DNA from: Armatimonadota bacterium | Lineage (GTDB): Bacteria > Armatimonadota > UBA5829 > DTLH01 | Length of the DNA: 64,000 nucleotides | Assembly: GCA_038207085.1 (NCBI GenBank) | Contig: JBBRAE010000001.1 | Coordinates: 209,627 to 273,626 of the forward strand | Reading direction: 5' to 3' | Shown here: positions 18,440-28,176 of the stretch, piece by piece | How the letters are laid out: every line of letters starts with the position of its first letter | How positions within the stretch are numbered: the stretch's first letter is position 1 | Made by a program: the position numbers and the translations under genes | The notes under the pieces: generated by a model | Told to the model about the DNA's origin: nothing | The model's database searches: none | What the model saw: only the letters and a program-made list of their open reading frames with translations

Positions 18440-21220
18440 TTATGCATCATGCGGTTCAAGCGACGAAACTACGTCCGCACACCGGTCACACAGACCAGGG
18501 TGTTCGGCGTTCTCGCCAACCGTTTCCAGCACAAGCCAGCATCTCGCGCACTTGTCGCCCTCCGGCTTGCCGACCTCCACAGAGAGATCGGACCCCTCAG
18601 GCGCACGCACGAGCACGACCTGCGAAACGATCAACACAGAAGGCAGCTCATTTGCATAAGACTGCAGAAGATCGTAAACAGTCGCCGGGGCTGAGATCAC
18701 TACCCGCGATTCGAGTGGCTTTCCTATTGTTCCCGCCTGCCGTGCCTGTTCAATCACTTTATATACTTCGTCGCGAACTTCAAATATCCTAGCCCACTTT
18801 TCAGCAAGGGCATCGTCGACATACTCGTCTCTAACAGTCGGATATTCGGCAAGGAAGACAGACTGCGCCTTCCCCTCGCCGGGGACAAACCGCCAAACTT
18901 CCTCGCACGTATGCGAAAGCACAGGCGCAAGCGCGCGAACCAGCGTTGAAAGCATCTCGAAGAGCGCGGTCTGAGCCGAACGCCTCTTCAAGTCTTTAGG
19001 ACCAGACGAGTAAAGCCTGTCCTTGATGATATCAAGATAGAGTGCGCTCAGGTCAACAGCAGCAAAGCTGTGAGCGGTATGGAACGCCCGATAAAACTCG
19101 ACCGATTCATACCCCTCGGTCATCTCTGTGACGACCTTCTGGAGTCTGTGTAGCGCCCACCTGTCGATCTCAAGCATCTCATCGACGGGAACCCGGTCGG
19201 CCACTGGATCGAAGCCGCTCAGGTTGCCAAGAAGGAACCGGAACGTGTTTCGCAGCCTTCGGTAGGTGTCCGTGACCCGCGTTATCATATCGGGGCCGAT
19301 CTTGATGTCCTCGGACACGTCAACCGACGCCATAAACAGCCGAAGAACGTCTGCGCCGACTTCCTTGATGACCTGCTGCGGGGCAATCACGTTGCCGACC
19401 GACTTGCTCATCTTTCGGCCCTGCGCATCGAGCACAAAACCGTGGCTCACAAGTTCCCTAAAGGGCGACGACCCCCTGGTCGCGGTTCCGACGACGAGCG
19501 ATTTATTGAACCAGCCCCTGTGCTGGTCCGATCCCTCACAGTACATATCCGACGGATAGGTATCCAGCCGTTTCTCGACAACCGCGCGGCAGCTTGAGCC
19601 GGAGTCAAACCAGACGTCGAGCACGTCGTTCTCTTTTGTAAACTCATCACCGGCGCACTTCGGGCACTTGAAGTCCGGGCCGAGCAGATCCTTGGGGTCC
19701 TTCTCGAACCACGAGTCGGAGCCGTTGGCAAGCGAGTCCTGATAGATCGCGTTGACAGATTCGCTCGTCATAATCGCTTCGCCACAGGATCTACAATAAA
19801 AGACGGGAATTCCGACTCCCCACGACCGCTGCCTGGAAAGACACCAGTCAGGCGAGTTTTCGATCATAGCCCGCAGCCGGTTCGACGCCTCAGCCGGGTA
19901 GAAAATGATTTTTTCGATCTCTTCGAGCATCTTCTCCCGGAGGTCGTTGTGATCGATAGACATGAACCACTGAACGGTGGTCCTGAAGACAACCGGCTTG
20001 TGGCACCTCCAGCAGTGCGGATAGCTGTGCGTGATTTCCATGCAACCAAGAAGCGCGCCGGCCTCGCGAAGCGCCGCAACGACGGCATCGTTACCTTGCT
20101 TGAGGACGTGCATGCCTTCGAACTGACCGGCATCTTTGGTGAAGACACCCTTCTCATCAACTGGGTTGAGCGGCGTCAAGCCATATCTCTGACCAGTGAG
20201 GAAGTCCTCACGTCCGTGACCAGGCGCAGTGTGGACCACGCCGGTTCCGTCTTCCATAGTGACGTAGTCGGCGAACACCAGGATCGAGTCGCGATCATAC
20301 AAGGGGTGCTTGAAGACCATTCCCTCAAGATCACTTCCCGGCACGGAATCCGTGACGACGAACTCGGCTATTCCCATAGCCTCCATCACCTGCCCGGCGA
20401 GCTTCTCAGCAATCAGGTAGCGGTCGTCACCGACATCGACGAACGAATATGTCTCCTCAGGGTGAACCGCGACTGCGAGGTTCGCGGGTATCGTCCAGGG
20501 GGTTGTCGTCCAGATTATCGTATAGTTGTTCTTCTTGGGTGTATTGACATCAAATAGCCCCTTGGGGTCTGTTACGAGCGGGAAACGAACATAGATCGAC
20601 GGCGACGTATGCGGGGCGTACTCTATTTCAGCCTCAGCAAGCGCCGTCTTGTCGTTGATGCACCAGTGGATCGGCTTGAGTCCCCTGTAGATATATCCCT
20701 GCTCCGCAAGCTCGCCGAATACTTTGACGATGGTTGCCTCGTACTCATAGTTCATCGTGAGATAGGGGTTGTCCCACTCGCCGATGACGCCGAGGCGCTT
20801 AAACTGCTCGCGCTGTTTGTCCACCCAACCGGCGGCGTAATCGCGGCAGGCCTTGCGCATTTCAAGTAGGCTCGGAGTCTCGTGCTTCTTGCGGAAACTC
20901 TCTGACACCCGCTGCTCGATCGGCAGACCGTGGTTGTCCCATCCGGGGATATAGGGCGACTGATACCCGTTCATTGTCTTGTAACGGGTAACAAAATCCT
21001 TCAGTAGCTTGTTCAGCACGTGTCCGATGTGAATATCACCGTTTGAGTACGGCGGTCCATCGTGCAGAATAAACCGCCCGCGAGGAGCGTCCTTCTCCAG
21101 CATGAGCTTGTAGAGGTCGATATCCTCCCAGAACTTCTGGATCTGCGGCTCCCGGTTGGCGAGGTCGGCCTTCATCGGGAAATCTGTCTTTGGTAGGTTG
21201 ATTGTTTTACTATAATCCAT
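18440..21220 (-). CDS. ileS: Isoleucine--tRNA ligase (IleRS1 type)
   Basis: LHDGPPY, HIGH, WTTTPWT, GTGVVH, DWCLSRQR, KMSKS and C-terminal CARC..CDRC zinc site. Confidence 0.98.
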   Translation of the reverse strand: MDYSKTINLPKTDFPMKADLANREPQIQKFWEDIDLYKLMLEKDAPRGRFILHDGPPYSNGDIHIGHVLNKLLKDFVTRYKTMNGYQSPYIPGWDNHGLPIEQRVSESFRKKHETPSLLEMRKACRDYAAGWVDKQREQFKRLGVIGEWDNPYLTMNYEYEATIVKVFGELAEQGYIYRGLKPIHWCINDKTALAEAEIEYAPHTSPSIYVRFPLVTDPKGLFDVNTPKKNNYTIIWTTTPWTIPANLAVAVHPEETYSFVDVGDDRYLIAEKLAGQVMEAMGIAEFVVTDSVPGSDLEGMVFKHPLYDRDSILVFADYVTMEDGTGVVHTAPGHGREDFLTGQRYGLTPLNPVDEKGVFTKDAGQFEGMHVLKQGNDAVVAALREAGALLGCMEITHSYPHCWRCHKPVVFRTTVQWFMSIDHNDLREKMLEEIEKIIFYPAEASNRLRAMIENSPDWCLSRQRSWGVGIPVFYCRSCGEAIMTSESVNAIYQDSLANGSDSWFEKDPKDLLGPDFKCPKCAGDEFTKENDVLDVWFDSGSSCRAVVEKRLDTYPSDMYCEGSDQHRGWFNKSLVVGTATRGSSPFRELVSHGFVLDAQGRKMSKSVGNVIAPQQVIKEVGADVLRLFMASVDVSEDIKIGPDMITRVTDTYRRLRNTFRFLLGNLSGFDPVADRVPVDEMLEIDRWALHRLQKVVTEMTEGYESVEFYRAFHTAHSFAAVDLSALYLDIIKDRLYSSGPKDLKRRSAQTALFEMLSTLVRALAPVLSHTCEEVWRFVPGEGKAQSVFLAEYPTVRDEYVDDALAEKWARIFEVRDEVYKVIEQARQAGTIGKPLESRVVISAPATVYDLLQSYANELPSVLIVSQVVLVRAPEGSDLSVEVGKPEGDKCARCWLVLETVGENAEHPGLCDRCADVVSSLEPHDA

Positions 21221-21236
21221 AGGTGCCCTAATGATA

Positions 21237-21311
21237 GAAAACCCCTGTCTTGCAGGGGTTTTCGTAGATTTCGCTAATCAAAGTATACCGTTTTGAAAGC
21301 TCACTCGTCAA
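21237..21311 (-). promoter_or_regulatory. sigma70-type promoter and leader hairpin of the ileS operon
   Basis: TTGACG (21311-21306), 18 nt, TATACT (21287-21282); perfect hairpin GAAAACCCCTG-CAAGA-CAGGGGTTTTC at 21237-21263. Confidence 0.6.
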
Positions 21312-21421
21312 GCTCAGCAGAACCGTGACCCCCTATCAATCACTGGGAACTGATCTGCGAGGAAGCTCTGAAAGAACAGGGACAACACATAGCAAAAGAT
21401 GTATAATATGAGGTAGTTCAA

Positions 21422-21502
21422 CTAACCCGCATTATTCACGCTACTCGTGAATAATGCTCTGTTAGCGAAAGTTTTATTCGCTTCACGAATAAAGCGGGCT
21501 AA
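21422..21502 (+). mobile_element. 73-bp double-hairpin MITE-like element, family A copy 1, with CTAA flanks
   Basis: CTAA-CCCGCATTATTCACG-CTACT-CGTGAATAATGC..TTTATTCG-CTTCA-CGAATAAAGCGGG-CTAA; two more copies in the window. Confidence 0.9.
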
Positions 21503-21518
21503 ACGATTGGAAGAACCT

Positions 21519-22277
21519 ATGCTAACCTCGACATTTGTTCACGCGCAGGGAATTGGAGCTACTACAGAGCAGCGGATTTGGCAGGCGGGTATTACCGACT
21601 GGCAGGCGTTTCTGGATCGGCCACAGGATGGTCTGCTTTCGGAGCGCCAGTATTCGGCGCTTGCGCCTGTGGTCGAGGAGTCGCAGAAGAAGTTCGACGC
21701 CGGAGACTTTCTCTATTTTGCGAAGCAGGTGCCCAACTGTGAGCATTGGCGAGCGTACGGTGAGCTTGGGGCTCGCGCAGCGTATGTTGATATAGAAACG
21801 ACAGGCATGGGCATGGACTCGGCGATCACTGTGATCGGCCTATATGATGGAGTCAACACCAAAAGCTACATCAAAGGGTTCAATATCGAGGAGTTCGCTG
21901 CCGATATCCTGGAGTTTCCACTGATCGTAACCTACGCCGGGGCAACCTTCGACCTGCCGCACCTCCGTCATGCGTTTCCCGGGACGCCACTCAACCAGCT
22001 TCACGTCGACCTCTGCCCCACCCTCCGCAAGATCGGCTACAAAGGCGGACTGAAGTCTATCGAAGAACGGCTCGGACTGAACCGCGAGGACGGCATCAAA
22101 GGCCTCAGCGGCTGGGATGCAGTTCGGCTTTGGCACGAATGGGAGCGCGGACGCCAAAAGTCGCTAGACATACTCGTTGAGTATAACCGCGCCGACGTTG
22201 AAAACCTCAAATTCCTCGCAGAGTTCGCATACAAACAGCTCCGGACGCACATTTTGCCCGTCGGCCTCACTTTATAG
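21519..22277 (+). CDS. RNase H-like (YprB-type DEDD) exonuclease domain protein
   Basis: AYVDIETTG, FDLP, HVDL, GGLKSIE..LG and YNRADV; the upstream GTG extension derives from the repeat element. Confidence 0.88.
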   Translation: MLTSTFVHAQGIGATTEQRIWQAGITDWQAFLDRPQDGLLSERQYSALAPVVEESQKKFDAGDFLYFAKQVPNCEHWRAYGELGARAAYVDIETTGMGMDSAITVIGLYDGVNTKSYIKGFNIEEFAADILEFPLIVTYAGATFDLPHLRHAFPGTPLNQLHVDLCPTLRKIGYKGGLKSIEERLGLNREDGIKGLSGWDAVRLWHEWERGRQKSLDILVEYNRADVENLKFLAEFAYKQLRTHILPVGLTL

Positions 22278-22388
22278 CCTCTTTCAATCCCCATCCTCCT
22301 ACAGCATTAGGCCTGCTGGTTACCCGCCCCGCCGAAGGGGTATACTTAAAGTGGCCCGGCGTCATTGGTCACTACCGGTTGCTCTTAT

Positions 22389-22414
22389 GTTTTGGGTAAT
22401 AGGGCAGTGGGTAA
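22389..22414 (+). promoter_or_regulatory. SigB/SigF-like promoter candidate
   Basis: GTTT-N16-GGGTAA about 50 nt upstream of the DUF948 gene. Confidence 0.45.
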
Positions 22415-22464
22415 ACCAGCACACGACTGGGCGACGAACGTCTCTAACAAATGGAGGTGTCGAG

Positions 22465-22872
22465 ATGTCCGAGCAGTTGTCGCTTGCGATAACGGCGATC
22501 TGCATGCTGGTCATTACCCTGGCTATTATTACGGTCTCTATAGTAACCGTAATGCTGCTGCTTCGAGTCCGTAAGTCCGTATCCACGGTGACAAACCGAG
22601 CCCAGCCGCTTATAACACAGGCTACTGAGACGGTCAAAACCGCAAACGGCATAGCCCAGAACGTCAAGACCCACGCGGATCGCATCATGGACCGGGCGGA
22701 GGACACTGTCGATAATGTCACCCGCAAGGTCAAAACCACTACGAACGTTATCCAGGATTCTATCAATCCATCCGTAATAACTGTGGCCAGTGTACTAACC
22801 GGTGTCTCACGAGGACTGGAAGTATGGAGCCAAGTGAGAAGAAGAGGAGGTAATGGTCATGCGAGGACTTAA
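22465..22872 (+). CDS. DUF948 / YtxG-YoxC-like membrane-anchored coiled-coil stress protein
   Basis: GGAGGTG RBS, N-terminal TM helix, amphipathic coiled coil; directly upstream of a YtxH gene. Confidence 0.75.
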   Translation: MSEQLSLAITAICMLVITLAIITVSIVTVMLLLRVRKSVSTVTNRAQPLITQATETVKTANGIAQNVKTHADRIMDRAEDTVDNVTRKVKTTTNVIQDSINPSVITVASVLTGVSRGLEVWSQVRRRGGNGHART

Positions 22873-23146
22873 CTTTGTGGTCGGCCTCACCGTCGGCGTG
22901 GCTGTGGGCGCGTTAGTCTCTGTGATGTTCGCTCCGAAATCCGGTATAGAAACCAAACAGAGTCTCCGCGAGATAACCGAAGAAGCCCGTCGGCGTACAG
23001 AAGAGATAAAGAGCAGGGGTCGACGGTATGTAGAGACCGAACGAACACATATCCAGGAGGCCGTCGATGCCGGTCGGCAGGCGGCTGAAGAAAAGCGCAG
23101 ACAACTCGAAACGCAACTACACGTCGAATCGCCCACTGTTGTGTAG
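22853..23146 (+). CDS. YtxH-domain protein
   Basis: FVVGLTVGVAVGALVSVMFAPKSG.ET motif followed by a charged helix. Confidence 0.9.
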   Translation: MVMRGLNFVVGLTVGVAVGALVSVMFAPKSGIETKQSLREITEEARRRTEEIKSRGRRYVETERTHIQEAVDAGRQAAEEKRRQLETQLHVESPTVV

Positions 23147-23160
23147 CTGAGGTAGTTCGA

Positions 23161-23187
23161 GTTTCTAGTCTGCTTGTATTGGGGTAA
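23161..23187 (+). promoter_or_regulatory. SigB/SigF-like promoter candidate
   Basis: GTTT-N17-GGGTAA upstream of the KGG gene. Confidence 0.45.
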
Positions 23188-23267
23188 CATAATGGTGACT
23201 GAAAAGGCAGCTAACCAGTGCGTGCCGATTCATTGTATATGGCGGAAATATGATAGGGGGTGACCTC

Positions 23268-23600
23268 ATGGCCGAAGATAAACCCGGACCGGAACCAGGA
23301 TCCGAAGGTGCACGAAAAATAGCTGAAGCCCATAGGGGCTCTCATGAGCATGACCGCGAAGGTGGTTTCGCTGCAAACCCGGAACTGGCCAAGGAAGCTG
23401 GTCGCAAAGGCGGCGAAGCCGTCAAGAAGAAATATGGGCCGTCGTTCTACCGACAGATCGGTAAGAAGGGCGGAGAAACCGTCAAACAGGAGCGTGGATC
23501 TGAGTTCTACGCTGAAATTGGCCGCCGGGGCGGAGAGATGCGGAGTTCCCGCATGAAGCAGCGCAAGGCGGAAGAAGAGAGTAAGGAAGGTCCGAAGTAG
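23268..23600 (+). CDS. KGG-repeat general stress protein (GsiB/YciG/Em-like hydrophilin)
   Basis: GGFAANPELAKEAGRKGGE, FYRQIGKKGGE and FYAEIGRRGGE repeats. Confidence 0.92.
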   Translation: MAEDKPGPEPGSEGARKIAEAHRGSHEHDREGGFAANPELAKEAGRKGGEAVKKKYGPSFYRQIGKKGGETVKQERGSEFYAEIGRRGGEMRSSRMKQRKAEEESKEGPK

Positions 23601-23628
23601 TCACAAAAGTGGCTGGCTTCAACCTCAC

Positions 23629-23662
23629 AGGGCGCAGATTTCCAGAAATGGTTCTGCGCCCT
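23629..23662. terminator. Hairpin between convergent genes
   Basis: AGGGCGCAGA / TCTGCGCCCT 10-bp stem followed by TT. Confidence 0.6.
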
Positions 23663-24919
23663 TTAGTTTTGTCGCTCGTTTCGCATCCCGACAATCTGCA
23701 TCATCATTCCAAGAAGCATTAACACCATCGTTATACCAAACAGGTAGCCGATATTCCAGTGGTTTGACGCAAACGTCTTCATCGCCCAAGCACCTGCAAA
23801 CGGGGCCAGCGTCCCCCTAATCCCCAAGAGACACGAGAAGAGCGCCATGTAGGTGGAAATCCTACGCGGGTCGGCAAACCGCAGCACAGCGTTGAAGTAG
23901 GCAAGCTCAATCCCAGCCGCCGATATTCCAAGCGCCGCAGCCGATGGAAACAGCGCAACAATAGTCGGGTGCCCCAATGAGCCTGCGATAATATAGTTCA
24001 GCGGGATCATCATATTGATGAGGATGTTGATGATAATGATCTTCAATGGGTTTGAGGTATCTACACGTCGTCCCCAATAGAGATATGAAAACATCCAGAA
24101 CACGTTAAATACGAGCGTAAGCACTGATACGTCTTTGGGGCCGAAATTGAGCTTATCCACTTGGAAGATCGGGATAATCGGCTGGAGGAGGAGGTTCCCG
24201 CAGCCATAAGTAAACACCGAAAGCGCAAACCACAAAAAGAGCCTGTCCTGCCCGAGGATCTTGATCGCGTCTGCAAGAAACTCGTGGGTCTTCTTTTTGC
24301 CTTGGATCTCTTCTACCGTAGGTTTGGATACATTTATTGTTCTGAAAAACACTGTTGAGAGAATGCCAAACGCCGCAGCTATAGGAAACACAAACCGGTA
24401 GCCGTCGCCTGAGAGCATTCTTCCCGCGATCATCGCTGTAACGACGTTCGCAAGCGCGATCAGCACGCGCACGTACCCCATCATCCGGCCGCGCAGCTTG
24501 TCGGGGTAGATGTCCTTCATAATCGAGGCGTAAGCAGGCGACGTAATCGTTACCAGGAACTGACTCGACGTGACGATAGCCGCGTACCAGATAGGCGTGT
24601 GCACAAAGAGCATCAGAAAGAATATCGCGCGACCGATGATGCACGGCCACACGACGAAAGGCATTTTGGAGCGGCCTTCCATCGCGTTTGCCCAGAAGAG
24701 CGCGAACAGGTTTCCGATAAACGGCGCAGCGACCATCAGCCCGATCAGGGCCTCGCTCATATGAAGCTGCTTGCGCGCCACGACCAGCACAAACGGCATT
24801 ATCCCGCCGATGTAAATGCCGCAGAAGAACCCCGCCCAAGCGTCCCTCGACCACGCGCCGCGAGTCTTCCCCGGCACTTCAAATGCCCGGTACACAGTCC
24901 TGCGAATACCAAGCTTCAC
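23663..24919 (-). CDS. MFS transporter
   Basis: About 12 hydrophobic segments, DIYPDKLRGRMMG motif; GTG 24919 with AAGGGG RBS (ORF track extends to 25063). Confidence 0.88.
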   Translation of the reverse strand: MKLGIRRTVYRAFEVPGKTRGAWSRDAWAGFFCGIYIGGIMPFVLVVARKQLHMSEALIGLMVAAPFIGNLFALFWANAMEGRSKMPFVVWPCIIGRAIFFLMLFVHTPIWYAAIVTSSQFLVTITSPAYASIMKDIYPDKLRGRMMGYVRVLIALANVVTAMIAGRMLSGDGYRFVFPIAAAFGILSTVFFRTINVSKPTVEEIQGKKKTHEFLADAIKILGQDRLFLWFALSVFTYGCGNLLLQPIIPIFQVDKLNFGPKDVSVLTLVFNVFWMFSYLYWGRRVDTSNPLKIIIINILINMMIPLNYIIAGSLGHPTIVALFPSAAALGISAAGIELAYFNAVLRFADPRRISTYMALFSCLLGIRGTLAPFAGAWAMKTFASNHWNIGYLFGITMVLMLLGMMMQIVGMRNERQN

Positions 24920-25084
24920 GCCGGTCTGCAGTCCCCTTGCTGGGATTGATCGCTGATTATCCTGCTGGCTCACGGACAAAAAACCCACCAAAACAAGGGC
25001 CCGCTGGCGTTTGCCAGTGAGCCCCATGAACTTCACATATACTGAATGACGTGACCACATCACAAGATATAGCCAGTCAGCTCG

Positions 25085-26665
25085 TTAGAACTGTACTTGT
25101 TTTGCGCTCTCGATGCCTTCGACGCCAAGGAGTTCGCCCATAACGTCGTCGGGTATCGTGCTGTCAACGGAAAGCACCATAATCGCGCGGCTGCCCTGAG
25201 ACTTTCGCCCCACGTGCATTCCGGCGATGTTGATGCCATTGTTGCCAAGGATCGTGCCGACTTTGCCGATGATACCGGGCTTGTCCGTGTGCGGAGCGAC
25301 GAACAGATTGCCGTCCGGGACGACGTCTACGCGGTAGCCATCGATCTGAACGATGCGCACATCGTTCTTGCCAAGCACCGTGCCGCTCAGCTGCTTGTTG
25401 CCCTTATCGGTCTTTGCGTCAATGGAGAGAACCGATGTAAAGTCGCCGACACTGGCGCTCTTGCTCTCGGTCACTCGAATGCCGCGTGCTTCGGCGATCA
25501 CAGGAGCGTTTACGAAGTTGACTGTTTCGCTCAAGATCGGCCGCAGGATCCCTGTAAGCACTGCACGGGTGATGGGGCCGGTCTCCTGGCCTGCAACTTC
25601 GCCGCAGTAGGTGATCTCGATAGACTCGATGCCACCTTCGCTCGTCTGAGTCAGAAGCGACCCGAGCCTCTCAGCAAGCGTGAGGTACGGGCTGATCTGC
25701 TTCAGCACTTCGCTAGAAACTGCCGGCATATTGACTGCGGAGCGAGCGGGCTTGCCGCTGAAATACTCTACCATCTGCTCGGCAACGTCGATCGCAACCT
25801 TGCTCTGGGCCTCTTCGGTCGAAGCGCCGAGGTGCGGAGTTGTGACGATATTGACGGCTCCCGGGAGCGGGTTATCGGCGGCAATCGGTTCGGCTGAGTA
25901 GACATCCACAGCGGCTCCGGCGACCTTGCCGCTTGCAAGGGCCTGTGTGAGCGCCGCTTCACTGATGATACCGCCGCGCGCGACATTTATGATACGCACG
26001 CCGTCCTTCATCATCGAGAACTCTTTTTCGCCGATCAACCCTTCGGTTTCCTTGTTTCTGGGAAGATGAAGGGTGATGTAGTCACTGCGCTTCAGGAGCG
26101 TGTCGAAATCCACGGACTCGATTCCGAGCTTGTTTGCAACGTCGACCGAAAGGAACGGGTCGCAGGCAACAACTGACATCCCGAAAGCCTGCGCGCGCTT
26201 GGCGACCTCGCGTCCGATCTTGCCAAGACCGAGAATACCGAGGACCTTGTTATATACCTCAACCCCCACATACTTGTTTCGCTCCCACTCACCGTGCTTG
26301 ACTGATGCGTCTGCTGCAGCGATGTTTCGGGACATCGCAAGAAGAAGCGCCATAGAAAGCTCAGCCGCGGCGATAGTGTTACCCTCGGGCGAGTTGACGA
26401 CGACTATGCCTTTTTGTGTGGCCATAGGCACGTCGATGTTGTCTACCCCCACCCCCGCTCTGCCGATGATCTTGAGTTTGTCGGCAACAGCGATTACATC
26501 GGCCGTAACCTTGGTCGCGCTTCGGACCACCAGTCCATCATACTCACCAATGCAGGCGATCAAGTCCTCTTTGGGCATACCAGTCTTGACGTCGACCTCG
26601 GCGACCTGTCTGAGGATATTTACACCCTCCTCCGAAATCTTGTCAGCTACCAAAACCTTAGGCAT
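25085..26665 (-). CDS. serA: D-3-phosphoglycerate dehydrogenase (with ASB and ACT domains)
   Basis: VVRSATK, GRAGVGVDNID, GLGKIG, NVARGG, TPHLGASTEEAQ and ACT DKPGIIG. Confidence 0.97.
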   Translation of the reverse strand: MPKVLVADKISEEGVNILRQVAEVDVKTGMPKEDLIACIGEYDGLVVRSATKVTADVIAVADKLKIIGRAGVGVDNIDVPMATQKGIVVVNSPEGNTIAAAELSMALLLAMSRNIAAADASVKHGEWERNKYVGVEVYNKVLGILGLGKIGREVAKRAQAFGMSVVACDPFLSVDVANKLGIESVDFDTLLKRSDYITLHLPRNKETEGLIGEKEFSMMKDGVRIINVARGGIISEAALTQALASGKVAGAAVDVYSAEPIAADNPLPGAVNIVTTPHLGASTEEAQSKVAIDVAEQMVEYFSGKPARSAVNMPAVSSEVLKQISPYLTLAERLGSLLTQTSEGGIESIEITYCGEVAGQETGPITRAVLTGILRPILSETVNFVNAPVIAEARGIRVTESKSASVGDFTSVLSIDAKTDKGNKQLSGTVLGKNDVRIVQIDGYRVDVVPDGNLFVAPHTDKPGIIGKVGTILGNNGINIAGMHVGRKSQGSRAIMVLSVDSTIPDDVMGELLGVEGIESAKQVQF

Positions 26666-26789
26666 TATATCCGTCTCCTCTCCATAGCAACTTTAGCATA
26701 CAAGGGAGTTAGACAATATACCTCTCAAAACCTCTGTAATTGGCTCGAAGTTTGCACTATTCATATTTGGTGACGTTCGCAGCTAATGA

Positions 26790-27240
26790 CGAGTATGTTT
26801 TACACGATTGTTACATACTTGTTGTTACTGCGTTGTACATTACTGCTAATCTAGTAGTGGCGCGGTAGTTTGCTTTGATTTGCGTAGTGTCCAGAAGCGA
26901 CTCCGACGTTACTTTTCAGTATCGAGGCAGCAATGGGGCTGCCCTGAGAACACTTGTGATAGCGTAACACAGTGATCTCAATAGACCTCTCACCGGAGTG
27001 CGAAGATCCGGCTTAATATGCGGTTAAAGATTCAACACCGCTCTTCGCAGAGATCGATCACCGGCGCGCCGAGCGCTGTTGATCTAAATAGATCGGCAAA
27101 TCTTAAGAATTTCCAAAAGACATGCAGGCATAGGATCGTTGGCTCTGTTACATGCAGCGATCCACCAATCCAAAGGAGATACGACGCACGGTGGCGGGCA
27201 CGAAAGGCCGAGTCCACCGGCAAGAAGGGAGGCAGGGTTG
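26790..27240 (+). ncRNA. Candidate highly structured 5' leader or ncRNA upstream of the sigma factor gene
   Basis: At least seven consecutive stem-loops, several with G-U pairs that work on the + strand; no match to a family I recognise. Confidence 0.35.
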
Positions 27241-28155
27241 ATGAGCAGCAAAGCTATAAATTTGGCGGAACGCGATGAGATGATCGATTCCGAACCAGAA
27301 GCTGAGGAAACTCACACTGAAGCAGCAGTAACCGATTCTATGGATCTTTACCTCAATAAGATCGGGAAACGGGCACTGCTTACACATCGCGAAGAGGTTG
27401 ATCTCTCACGGAGATCAAGGGCTGGGGATGCCCACGCCAAACAAAGACTGGTGGAGTGCAACCTAAAGCTCGTAGTCAGCATCGCAAAGATGTATTCGAG
27501 CTCAGGCATTCCGCTTCCCGACCTGATCCAGGAAGGGAACATCGGACTTATCAAGGCAGTGGAAGCCTTCGACCCGGAACGCGGCTTCAGATTCAGCACC
27601 TACGCTGTTGCATGGATCAGACAGTCTATTACGCGGGCTATCGAGCGTCAGGGACGTACTATCAGAGTCCCGAGCTACGTGATCCAGACAATTCGCCGCC
27701 TCCACAGATTGGAAACTGACTTTATGGGGGAGTGTGGTAGGGAAGCCACACTAGAAGAAATCTCACAGCGGGCGTCCATTTCGTGCGAGCAAGTCGTGCG
27801 CCTGCGGGGAGCATGTGAAGTCCTGGTGTCTCTGGACGACACAGTCAAGGATGATACCACAACAGCGCTTCTTGAGCGACTTACAGATACCACAGCCGAA
27901 GACCCCGAAACTCGTGCCCTGCACAGGGAAAGCAACGAGATCATCGGCAAGCTGGTAGAAGGTCTGAGTCCTCAGGAGAAGCTAATTATCGAGAAGCGTT
28001 TTGGCCTGGGCGACGGTGCAACGTCTACGCTCCAGGAACTGGGTCAGCAACTCTGCATCACCCGTGAACGAGTGCGCCAGCTCGAAGCCCGAGCCATAAA
28101 GAAGCTGCGAATGGCCGCAGCGAGGAGTAGGCTGGACGGCTACTTCCTCATCTAG
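27241..28155 (+). CDS. RNA polymerase sigma-70 factor, RpoD/SigA-like, lacking region 1.1 (group 2-like)
   Basis: [52 protein letters not shown] and [18 protein letters not shown]. Confidence 0.95.
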   Translation: MSSKAINLAERDEMIDSEPEAEETHTEAAVTDSMDLYLNKIGKRALLTHREEVDLSRRSRAGDAHAKQRLVECNLKLVVSIAKMYSSSGIPLPDLIQEGNIGLIKAVEAFDPERGFRFSTYAVAWIRQSITRAIERQGRTIRVPSYVIQTIRRLHRLETDFMGECGREATLEEISQRASISCEQVVRLRGACEVLVSLDDTVKDDTTTALLERLTDTTAEDPETRALHRESNEIIGKLVEGLSPQEKLIIEKRFGLGDGATSTLQELGQQLCITRERVRQLEARAIKKLRMAAARSRLDGYFLI

Positions 28156-28176
28156 CAGAAAGGGAGGCTGGGGAGT

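Noticed and set aside
21221..21420. T-box riboswitch upstream of ileS
   Set aside because: No T-box consensus or specifier stem, and the predicted leader is too short.
21447..21518. N-terminal extension MNNALLAKVLFASRIKRAK of the exonuclease, and similar ORFs at 41320 and 45897
   Set aside because: These peptides are translations of the 73-bp repeat element; the nuclease homology starts at ATG 21519.
27094..27165. Cyclic di-GMP-I riboswitch (GGCAAA...GCA)
   Set aside because: No GNRA tetraloop/receptor pair and no GACGCAAA junction; the resemblance is superficial.
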